From contig DEDN01000027.1 in assembly GCA_002349565.1 (NCBI GenBank), positions 39,669-103,668 on the forward strand: a stretch of DNA of 64,000 bases. Reading direction: 5' to 3'. The stretch comes from Alphaproteobacteria bacterium UBA2903. Lineage in GTDB: Bacteria; Pseudomonadota; Alphaproteobacteria; CAAGCB01; CAG-977. This document shows positions 8,762 through 17,013 of the stretch, piece by piece (position 1 is the first letter of the stretch; each line of letters begins with the position of its first letter). The position numbers and the translations under genes are program-made. A model generated the notes under the pieces. That model was not told the DNA's origin and did no database searches. It saw nothing but the letters and a program-made list of their open reading frames with translations.

Positions 8762-10801
8762 ATGACCGATTTTGACGAAAACAAACTGGCGGAACTGGCA
8801 AAACAAGCGGACGTTTTTTTGCAAACGGGCGTTAAAGACGCCGACACCGAACGCGTTTTCGACGAAATCAAGCAAATCGTATCAAAGGAAGCGGGCTGCA
8901 TCGGTCTGGCGCAGATTGATTTGACCATCGGCGACATCGCGGGCAACGGATTGAAAATCGCGCGCTATATCCGATATGCCGAACGCGTCGGACTGGATAT
9001 GATTGTGTTCCCCGAACTGGCGTTAATGGGCTATCCCGTCGAAGACATCATCGACCGCCACCCCGTCGTCGTTTCCGAAAACGTCCGCTGGGTCAAAGAG
9101 CTGGCAAAGCTTTGCAAAAACACCACCGCTTTGGTCGGATTTGTGGAGCCGCGCGGGGATTCGCCCGTCGGACGGCGGTATTACAATTCCGTCGCCGTGT
9201 TGCACAAGGGGGAGATTCAGGGCATCGTCCGCAAACGTCTGCTGCCGACGTATTCGGAATTTAACGACAGCCGCTATATCGAGCCGTCGCCCGTCGCGGG
9301 CGTTCAGCCTGCCGACACTTTGGGCGCGTTCACCCCCGAAAAAGTCGTCGATATGAAAAAAACAATTACCGTCAACGGCATATCCTACGGCATTTCGATT
9401 TGCGAAGACTGCTGGAACAACAAATCTTTCTTTCATCACACTTTGTACGCCGTCGACCCCGTGGACGAACTGGCGCGGGACAAACCCGACGTCTTTATCA
9501 ACTGTTCGGCGTCGCCCTGCCGCGCGAAAAAGGAACAGCTGAAACACAATATGCTGTCCTTTATCGCCAAACAGTACGGGATTCCGTTTGCTTACGTCAA
9601 TCAGGTCGGCGCGATGGACTGCTGTTCTTTTGACGGGGCGAGCCGCGTGTTTTCCGCCGACGGCGTTTTGACGGCGCGGGCGGTGTCGTTCGCCGAACAA
9701 TGTCTGATTGTCAATCCGACGAAAAACAAAGGCGCGGTCTATCCTTTGACCAAAGGGCTGGAAAAAACGCTGTCTGAAGAAAAAGTTTTCACTTTGGATT
9801 ACGAAAACGATTTGGAGCGCACTTACAAAACAATCGTGCAAGCCGTTCGCGGATACTTTTCGAAATGCGGGCTGAAGCGCGCGGTTTTGGGACTGTCGGG
9901 CGGATTGGATTCGACGGTTTGCGCGGTTTTGCTGGCGGACGCTTTGGGCGCGGAAAACGTGTTCGGCGTCAGCATGCCATCCGAAATCACCAGTACGGAA
10001 AGCCGCGACGACGCCGCGACGCTGGCAAAGAATCTCGGCATTCACTTTACTCAAATGCCGATCAAGACAATGGTTGACGCGACAAACGGCTGTTTCGCCG
10101 AACTGTTTGCCAAAGTCGAATCGCAATGGGACTGCCGTTACAAAGCGTCCTTTACGCAAGACAATATCCAAGCCCGTTCCCGCGCCGTGTTTTTATGGGG
10201 AATCGCCAACGAATTCGCCGCCTGCATTCCCATTGCCACATCGGACAAATCCGAGCTTTATATGGGATACGCGACGATTAACGGCGATATGTCGGGCGGG
10301 TTCGCCCCGATCGCCGACGTGCCGAAAACCAAGCTGTTCGCCTTGGCGCGGTGGCTGAACGCGAACAGAGCGGTCAAAAACGCCGTTCCCGAATCCGTTA
10401 TCCTGAAACGCCCCGGCGCGGAGCTGGCAATCGACCCGAAAACGGGCAAACCCTTGATTGCCGAGGACGCTTTAATGCCCTATCCGTTCCTTGACGAAGT
10501 GATTTGGCGTATCGAAAACAAACATGAAAGCTATGCCGATATGCTGGATTCGGAATTCCTGTACGAAAAAACGACGCCCGTTTCCCGCGAACAAAAAAAC
10601 GCTTGGCTGGACAAGTTTTACAAGCGTATGGCGGGCGCGCTGTACAAATGGTCGATTTTGCCGCCCGCAGTTATCGTGGAATCGCGTTCAATCAACAAAA
10701 TCGACTATCGCCAACCGATTACGTCGTGCCGCATCGACTACAAAGGCAAAACTCCGTCGGAAATCGGCGAGCTGTTAAAACTTGCCGATTGCGCGGTATA
10801 G
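8762..10801 (+). CDS. nadE: Glutamine-dependent NAD+ synthetase (nitrilase domain plus NAD synthase domain)
   Basis: An N-terminal CN-hydrolase domain and a C-terminal NAD synthase domain with the SGGLDS PP-loop. The start is at MTDFDENK, with an RBS ggag 7 nt upstream. Confidence 0.9.
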   Translation: MTDFDENKLAELAKQADVFLQTGVKDADTERVFDEIKQIVSKEAGCIGLAQIDLTIGDIAGNGLKIARYIRYAERVGLDMIVFPELALMGYPVEDIIDRHPVVVSENVRWVKELAKLCKNTTALVGFVEPRGDSPVGRRYYNSVAVLHKGEIQGIVRKRLLPTYSEFNDSRYIEPSPVAGVQPADTLGAFTPEKVVDMKKTITVNGISYGISICEDCWNNKSFFHHTLYAVDPVDELARDKPDVFINCSASPCRAKKEQLKHNMLSFIAKQYGIPFAYVNQVGAMDCCSFDGASRVFSADGVLTARAVSFAEQCLIVNPTKNKGAVYPLTKGLEKTLSEEKVFTLDYENDLERTYKTIVQAVRGYFSKCGLKRAVLGLSGGLDSTVCAVLLADALGAENVFGVSMPSEITSTESRDDAATLAKNLGIHFTQMPIKTMVDATNGCFAELFAKVESQWDCRYKASFTQDNIQARSRAVFLWGIANEFAACIPIATSDKSELYMGYATINGDMSGGFAPIADVPKTKLFALARWLNANRAVKNAVPESVILKRPGAELAIDPKTGKPLIAEDALMPYPFLDEVIWRIENKHESYADMLDSEFLYEKTTPVSREQKNAWLDKFYKRMAGALYKWSILPPAVIVESRSINKIDYRQPITSCRIDYKGKTPSEIGELLKLADCAV

Positions 10802-12154
10802 ATTCGATTTTCCGATTAAAACGGTATAAAACGACGTAATCAGTTCTTGGCGCGCGGTCGCCAGTTGCGCCTGAACGGTCAGCAGGTTCAACAGCGTTTC
10901 CTTTCCCGCCCGATAAGACGCGCGGGACACGCGTTCGTTTTCTTCCGCCGATTTTAAGACGTCTTGGTTAATCGTGTAAGACGCCAGCGCGGTTTTATAA
11001 TCCTGATACGCCGACCAGACCTCGTTTTTAACCGCGTCTTCGGTGCTTTTTTCCCGCCAGACGGCTTGGCGATAGTCATAGCGCGCCTTTGCCAGAGCGT
11101 AGGATTTGGAAAAGCCTTCGAACAACGGAACGTTCAGCGCCACGCCGACATCGCCGCCGTAAGTGTAGGGATATCCGTCTTTAAAAGGTTTGTCGTCTTT
11201 CCACCGGTCGGCATAGGACGCGTTCGCCGTCAAAGCCAACGTCGGCGCCATCGCGGATTTCGCGGCGTCTATTCCCGCCGAAGCCGCCGCTTTGGCTTTT
11301 GCCGCGCCTTTGATTTCGGGACGCAGATCCAACGCCAGCTTTATCATCTTTTGCACGGGCATTTTTTCCGCCAACGCGGTTGAACCGTCGTCTTTTTTCG
11401 GCACGACCAGAGAAAACTTCGTTTCGGGCGGCAGGTTCAGCAACGTCGCCAGATTCGCCTGATTCTTTTCAATCGTGTTTTGCGCCGCCGTCACCGCCAG
11501 CTTGGAACGCAGATACGTTGTCTTCGCCAACAATAAATCGGACGTCGCCGCTTTGCCGACCTGATATTTCTTTTGCGTTTCGTCGTATGATTTTTTATAG
11601 GACGCGACGCTGGTTTCGGCGGATTTCAAAACCTCTTTCGCGCTCAGCAAATCCATGTACGCGCTGTGAACGCCCAACACCAAATCGTGCAAAGCCGCAT
11701 TGTAGCCGAACGCCGCCTGTTCCATATACGCTTTCATCATATCCGTTGACGCGGAACGTCCGCCGAAATCCAGCAACAGCCAGTTCAAAGCGACGTTGAT
11801 CGAATACGACTTGACTTTCATATCTTTATAGACATCGGCGTTCGGTTCGTCGTATTGCCCTTTGCCGTGCGACGCCGTCGCCGCCGCCGTCAGATTGACG
11901 TTCGGCAGATAAGCGGCTTTGCTTGCGCCGAATCCCGCTTCCGCCGATTTGACCGCCATAAAGGTGCGGTTCAAGTCGGGGTTGTTGCACACGCCGATTT
12001 GAATCAAGTCGTTCAACCCCAGCTTGCCTTTAACATTCACTTTCGACAGGCAGTTTTCAGGGGCTTTTTGCGTATAAACCGACATCGGGTCGAACGCGTT
12101 CGCGGGGGCGGTCAAAAGCACCGCGACGCCCGCCGTTAACAACATCTTTTTCAT
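10775..12154 (-). CDS. RND efflux outer-membrane factor (TolC/OprM family)
   Basis: A 459-aa protein with a signal peptide and the characteristic duplicated OEP coiled-coil halves. Its start overlaps the stop of the upstream RND pump gene. Confidence 0.85.
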   Translation of the reverse strand: MKKMLLTAGVAVLLTAPANAFDPMSVYTQKAPENCLSKVNVKGKLGLNDLIQIGVCNNPDLNRTFMAVKSAEAGFGASKAAYLPNVNLTAAATASHGKGQYDEPNADVYKDMKVKSYSINVALNWLLLDFGGRSASTDMMKAYMEQAAFGYNAALHDLVLGVHSAYMDLLSAKEVLKSAETSVASYKKSYDETQKKYQVGKAATSDLLLAKTTYLRSKLAVTAAQNTIEKNQANLATLLNLPPETKFSLVVPKKDDGSTALAEKMPVQKMIKLALDLRPEIKGAAKAKAAASAGIDAAKSAMAPTLALTANASYADRWKDDKPFKDGYPYTYGGDVGVALNVPLFEGFSKSYALAKARYDYRQAVWREKSTEDAVKNEVWSAYQDYKTALASYTINQDVLKSAEENERVSRASYRAGKETLLNLLTVQAQLATARQELITSFYTVLIGKSNLYRAIGKF

Positions 12155-15100
12155 TTGTTTCCTTTCTTCATCGCCTTGTCGGCAAGGGTTTGAACCAAAA
12201 CGTACAACAGCGGAATGACAAACAATCCGACCAGCATGCCGTAAAACACGGGCGTGCCGATCGCCTGTCGGCTGTTTGCGCCCGCGCCCGTTGCGTTAAT
12301 CATCGGGAACACCCCCAAAATGAACGCGAAAGCCGTCATCAAAACCGCGCGGAACCGTTCGCGCAAAGCGTACATCGCCGCGCGCGGAACGGTCATGTTC
12401 AGCCCTTGGCGGGCGTCACGGGCAAATTCGACGATCAAAATCGCGTTTTTGCTCGCCAATCCGACCAGCATGACGATCCCCAACTGCGCGTAAATCGACA
12501 AAGGCAGTCCCGTAATCAGCAGCCCCGCCAAAGCTCCCGCCGTCGCGACGGACACGGACATCAAAACGGGAATCGGCAAAATCCAGCTTTCATACAGCGA
12601 CACAAGGAACAGATAGGCGAAAACAACCGCCAGCGACAACAGCAAACCGATTTGCCCCTGATTGTTCTTTTCCTGATAGCTCATGCCCGACCATTCATAG
12701 GAAAATCCTTTGACGCCTTTCATCAGGCTTTCCAGTTCCGCCATCGCTTCGCCCGACGACACCGCGGGATTTTGTTCCGCCGTGATGTCCGCGCTGGGAT
12801 ATTGGTTGTAGCGGGAAATCACGCGCGGGGACATGACTTGGGTCAAACCGACCAAAGCCCCCAAAGGCACTTTTTCGCCCGTCGTCGACGGAACGTAGAT
12901 GTCGCGCATACTTTCGACATCGTCGCGGAAACGCGCGTCCGACTGCACGACGACCTTGTTGACTTGCGTTCCGATGTTGATGTCGTTGACGTACATCGAT
13001 CCCAGATAGGCTTCCAAAGTCGAATAGAGGTTCGACAACGGCACGTTCATCGATTCCGCCTTTTCACGGTTGATTTCGATGAACACCGCGGGCGTTTTCG
13101 ACGTGAACGTCGTAAAGCCGTACAAAAACTTCGAGTTCGTGTTGACTTTTCCCAACAGCTTTTGCGCTTCGGCGTCCAGCTTGGCGTAATCCATGCCCGA
13201 TGTCATTTGCAGACGGAAATCCATACCGCCCTGATTGCCCAAGCCCTGAATCGCGGGAAATTCAAAGAACTGCAATTCGGCTTCGGGCGTTTCGGCAGTC
13301 AGCTTCGCGCGCATTTCGTTCATCAGGTTGGTGGAATACAGCGACGGAGCTTTACGCTTGTCCCACGATTCCAAATCGACGATCACCATCGCCGTGTTTT
13401 CGGAACGCCCCGCCAGAATGCTGACGCCGACGACGCCGATCGACCCGCGCACGCCCTTTTGCGCCAGAATTTTTTCCGTCACTTTTTCAACAACCGCTTT
13501 GGTGCGGGCATAAGACGCGCCTTCGGGCAAAGTGATGTTCGCGATATAAACGCCCTGATCTTCGCTCGGGACGAACGACGTGCCGTTCAGCTTGAACAAA
13601 GTGCCGTTCAACGCCAGAATCACGCCGAAAATCAAAGCGATGACGCTGATGCGCCGCGCGAACAAAGCCGCCGTGCGCGCGTATCCGTTCGCCGTCGAAT
13701 TGACGACGCGGTTGAACCATGCGAGCGGTCCTTTCTTTGCCGTCTTAAACGGTTTCAAAAAGTACGCGCACAAAACGGGCGACAACGTCAGCGCGTTCAC
13801 CGCCGAAAACACCAAAGACGTGCTGATGGTGATTGCGAACTGCTGGTAAATCCTGCCCGTGATGCCGCCCATGCAGGCAATAGGGACGAAAATCACGACC
13901 ATGACCAGCGTTGTTGAAACCAGCGCGCCCGTGATTTCGCGCATGGTGCGCCGGGTCGCTTCCAACGGAGGGAGCTTTTCCTTTTCCATCAAATGCATCA
14001 CGCGTTCGACAACGACGATCGCGTCATCGACGACCGCGCCGATCGCCAGCACGATGCCGAACAGCGTGAACATATTGATGCTGAATCCCAACGCCAGCAT
14101 AACCACCATGGTCGCCAGCATGGATACGGGAACCGCAATCAACGGAATCAGCGTCGTGCGCCAGTTCTGCAAAAACACCCAGCACACCAGAACGACCAGC
14201 ACGAACGTTTCAAACAACGTGTGCAACACTTCGGAAATCGACGCGTTGATGTAATCGGTCGAATCGTAGTTGAATTTGTATTCGACGCCTTCGGGCAGGG
14301 ATTCTTCCAAACGCGACAGTTCGGCGCGCAGTTTTTTCATCGCGTCAACGGCGTTCGCGCCCGAAGACAGCTTGACCTGCAAAGACACGGCGGGCGCGCC
14401 GTCGGCAAACGCCGTAATGCCGTAAGATTCCTCGCCGTAAGACACGTTCGCGATGTCTTTCAGCCGCACCAGTCCGCCGTGTTCCGCCGTGCGGACGATG
14501 ATTTCGCGAAAATCTTTCACTTCATTGATGCGCCCTTGAGTTTTCAGCGGATAGACCATTTGCGCGGAATCGTCCGGCGCGGCGCCCAGCTTGCCCAAAG
14601 TCGGCTGATAGTTCTGCGACGAAATCGCGTTGCGGACATCCGCCGCCGTGATGTTCAACGCCGCCATTTTGTCCGAATTGAGCCATACGCGCATGGCGGA
14701 GCTTGCGGCGTACACGTCCACCCCGCCCACGCCGTCGATGCGCGCCAAAGCCTCTTTGACGTTGTCGATGACGTAATCCGCCAGTTCAAGGCTTGATAAA
14801 GTGTGTTTCGGCGACACGAACGAAATCATCGCCAGCATATTCGTCGATTCGCGGGTAACGGTCACGCCCTGACGGGTGACTTCGGCAGGCAGGGACGCGG
14901 TCGCGATCTGCACGCGGTTCTGCACTTTGACCTGCGCCATATCGGGATCGACGCCCGTTTTGAACGTTACGGTCAGGGAATACGTCGTATCCTCGGACGA
15001 CGAAGACATATACAGCATGTCTTCGACGCCGTTGACTTCGCGTTCAATGGGGATTGCGACCATTTTCGCAATCACGTCCGCGGACGCGCCGGGGTACGTC

Positions 15101-15243
15101 GCCGAAACCGTCACCACGGGCGGCGTGATTTCGGGATACAGCGCAACGGGCAGCAGCTTGATCGCCACCAATCCCGCCAAACACATCACAATTGCGATAA
15201 CAATCGCAAATCGCGGGCGTTTCAGAAAGAACTCCGAAAACAT
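12151..15243 (-). CDS. RND efflux pump, HAE1 family (AcrB/MexB/MtrD-like)
   Basis: A 1030-aa protein with a 12-TM AcrB architecture (MFSEFFLKRPRFAIVIAIVM...). Confidence 0.95.
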   Translation of the reverse strand: MFSEFFLKRPRFAIVIAIVMCLAGLVAIKLLPVALYPEITPPVVTVSATYPGASADVIAKMVAIPIEREVNGVEDMLYMSSSSEDTTYSLTVTFKTGVDPDMAQVKVQNRVQIATASLPAEVTRQGVTVTRESTNMLAMISFVSPKHTLSSLELADYVIDNVKEALARIDGVGGVDVYAASSAMRVWLNSDKMAALNITAADVRNAISSQNYQPTLGKLGAAPDDSAQMVYPLKTQGRINEVKDFREIIVRTAEHGGLVRLKDIANVSYGEESYGITAFADGAPAVSLQVKLSSGANAVDAMKKLRAELSRLEESLPEGVEYKFNYDSTDYINASISEVLHTLFETFVLVVLVCWVFLQNWRTTLIPLIAVPVSMLATMVVMLALGFSINMFTLFGIVLAIGAVVDDAIVVVERVMHLMEKEKLPPLEATRRTMREITGALVSTTLVMVVIFVPIACMGGITGRIYQQFAITISTSLVFSAVNALTLSPVLCAYFLKPFKTAKKGPLAWFNRVVNSTANGYARTAALFARRISVIALIFGVILALNGTLFKLNGTSFVPSEDQGVYIANITLPEGASYARTKAVVEKVTEKILAQKGVRGSIGVVGVSILAGRSENTAMVIVDLESWDKRKAPSLYSTNLMNEMRAKLTAETPEAELQFFEFPAIQGLGNQGGMDFRLQMTSGMDYAKLDAEAQKLLGKVNTNSKFLYGFTTFTSKTPAVFIEINREKAESMNVPLSNLYSTLEAYLGSMYVNDINIGTQVNKVVVQSDARFRDDVESMRDIYVPSTTGEKVPLGALVGLTQVMSPRVISRYNQYPSADITAEQNPAVSSGEAMAELESLMKGVKGFSYEWSGMSYQEKNNQGQIGLLLSLAVVFAYLFLVSLYESWILPIPVLMSVSVATAGALAGLLITGLPLSIYAQLGIVMLVGLASKNAILIVEFARDARQGLNMTVPRAAMYALRERFRAVLMTAFAFILGVFPMINATGAGANSRQAIGTPVFYGMLVGLFVIPLLYVLVQTLADKAMKKGNK

Positions 15244-15245
15244 CT

Positions 15246-16400
15246 TCAGCCCTCCGATTTTACAAAGCTTTGCTTGACGGTCGAACCGTTTTCGACTTTT
15301 TGCAAGCCCTGCACGATGATATGCGCGCTGGCGTTCAGCCCGTCGGTTACGATCAGCCTGTCGCCGATTAAATCACCCGTTTTGATGTAAGTTTTCCGCG
15401 CTTTTTCTTCGGCGTTCACGACATAGACGAACAGCCCCTGATTATCCTGCATCACGGCGGATTGCGGAATCAAAACCAGCGGACGGTCTTCGCCCGCCTT
15501 GACCAGAACGTCGACGTGATTTCCGGGCAACAGCGTTTTGTCCGCGTTTTGAACATCAATATACGCCGCGACCGTCGCCGTCATCAAATTGACTTCGCTG
15601 TCGAAAAACGTCTTTAACACTTTGACGGGAACAACCGTTTCGTCGGGCAGGACAACCTTGATGTCCGTAATGAAATCGCCGTTTGTTTTCAAACGCTTCA
15701 TCGCGGTCAGACGGTCTTTGTCGGTTACGGAAAACGAAACGCGTATCGGCGAAATCTGCACGATGCGCGCCATTGCGCGCCCCGACATATCGACAAAATT
15801 TCCTTTGGTAATCAAAGCCTTGCCGATAAAACCGTCAATCGGGGCTTTGATTTCCGTATAGCCCAGATTGATGCGCGCGGTCGCGGCGTTCGCTTCGGCG
15901 GCTTTGACGGCGGCTTTCGCCTGCGCCAGCGCGCTTTCGGACGCTTCGATGTTCGACGCGGTCAGGACTTTTTGCTTGAACAGCACTTTGTTGCGTTTGT
16001 GGTCGCTTTCGATTTGCTTCAAGTTCGCCTTTGCGCGCGCGACTTCGGCGTCCGCGCTGTTGACGGCTTCCTTGTAGCGGCTTTGTTCGATGACGAACAG
16101 CACCTGATCTTTTTTGACAAAGCCGCCTTCGTCAAACAGGATTTTATCCAGATAACCCGTGACCTGCGCTTTGACATCGACGCTGTTGATCGCTTCGACC
16201 GTCGCGATGTATTTTCTGACGGGCGCGGTGTTTTCCAAAACCGCGTCCGTGGTCACCACATACGGCACGCCGCCGCCGAACCCGTGATTTTCCGCGGGCG
16301 TCAAGCGGGTTTTCAGTCCCCACCCCGCCGCGACGCACGCCGGCAGGACGATCAGCTGAAACAGGATTTTTCTTTTGCTTAAATGAACGACTTTCATCAA
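15246..16400 (-). CDS. RND efflux membrane-fusion protein (AcrA/MtrC-like lipoprotein)
   Basis: A 384-aa protein with a lipobox LPAC and the HlyD/biotinyl-lipoyl domains. Confidence 0.85.
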   Translation of the reverse strand: MMKVVHLSKRKILFQLIVLPACVAAGWGLKTRLTPAENHGFGGGVPYVVTTDAVLENTAPVRKYIATVEAINSVDVKAQVTGYLDKILFDEGGFVKKDQVLFVIEQSRYKEAVNSADAEVARAKANLKQIESDHKRNKVLFKQKVLTASNIEASESALAQAKAAVKAAEANAATARINLGYTEIKAPIDGFIGKALITKGNFVDMSGRAMARIVQISPIRVSFSVTDKDRLTAMKRLKTNGDFITDIKVVLPDETVVPVKVLKTFFDSEVNLMTATVAAYIDVQNADKTLLPGNHVDVLVKAGEDRPLVLIPQSAVMQDNQGLFVYVVNAEEKARKTYIKTGDLIGDRLIVTDGLNASAHIIVQGLQKVENGSTVKQSFVKSEG

Positions 16401-16472
16401 ACGCTCCTATCGAAAAGTTTTGGATTGTTTGATAAAAGCGGAATTTTTTCGAATCAAGAAAAAATTTTTTTA

Positions 16473-16956
16473 TATCACTTTGTAATGGTTTTCGGCTTCT
16501 TTCGAATGGCGATGTCGACGCGAACACCGGAATCAAGGCGTGTTTCCAAAACATACAGATCGTTGTAGCGGAAATCGTCGTCTTCCGGCGACTCGGAAGC
16601 GGTATTGTCTTTGACAACCTTGACTTTTCCCGCTTTGGACACTTTGCGCACGCGCAGGGCTTTCACAACGTCGTCGGTCAGATATTTGCCGGATTTTTTC
16701 CACCGCATCACGCTTTGGACGCTGACGCCCAACGCTTTCGCCGCCGCCGTCATCGACAGTCCAGACACCAGCAGAGTCATCGCCAGCCATTTTTCGTCCA
16801 AGCTGCGAACGCGGGACGTTTCACGCGTGAACTGACAGCCGCATTCGGCGCATTTAAAGCGTTGCCGCCCGCGTGCCGTCCCGTATTTCACCGACTTTTC
16901 ACACCCGCATTTCGGACACTTCATTCTCACCCGCCTTTTACCATTACAAAGTGATA
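16473..16956. mobile_element. Miniature IS1-family-like element with 17-bp perfect inverted repeats around a single InsA-like gene
   Basis: tatcactttgtaatggt at 16473-16489 is the exact reverse complement of accattacaaagtgata at 16940-16956. The left repeat overlaps the gene's stop codon and the right repeat lies just upstream of its start. Confidence 0.45.
16475..16924 (-). CDS. IS1 InsA-like zinc-ribbon + HTH protein (transposase N-terminal regulator domain only)
   Basis: MKCPKCGCEKSVKYGTARGRQRFKCAECGCQF is a CxxC..CxxC zinc ribbon, followed by the HTH KALGVSVQSVMRWKK. RBS ggtgag is present. There is no catalytic DDE domain. Confidence 0.6.
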   Translation of the reverse strand: MKCPKCGCEKSVKYGTARGRQRFKCAECGCQFTRETSRVRSLDEKWLAMTLLVSGLSMTAAAKALGVSVQSVMRWKKSGKYLTDDVVKALRVRKVSKAGKVKVVKDNTASESPEDDDFRYNDLYVLETRLDSGVRVDIAIRKKPKTITK

Positions 16957-17013
16957 ACAAAAAAACGATGTCCGCGACAAGTGTTTTTCGCGCTTTCGTG
17001 TCGGTCGATTCGG

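Noticed and set aside
10775-10801. 27-bp convergent overlap between the nadE 3' end and the outer-membrane-factor 3' end
   Set aside because: It could indicate a mis-called stop in one gene. Both C-termini look plausible and I cannot decide from sequence alone, so I do not report it as a finding.
12190-13917. 575-aa plus-strand ORF, plus similar ORFs at 2927-4021, 4066-5283, 9023-10171 and 17420-18571
   Set aside because: All are mirror ORFs opposite strongly supported genes (the RND pump, glyA/rpiB, the M16 peptidase, nadE and copA). They are stop-poor antisense frames of high-GC coding DNA.
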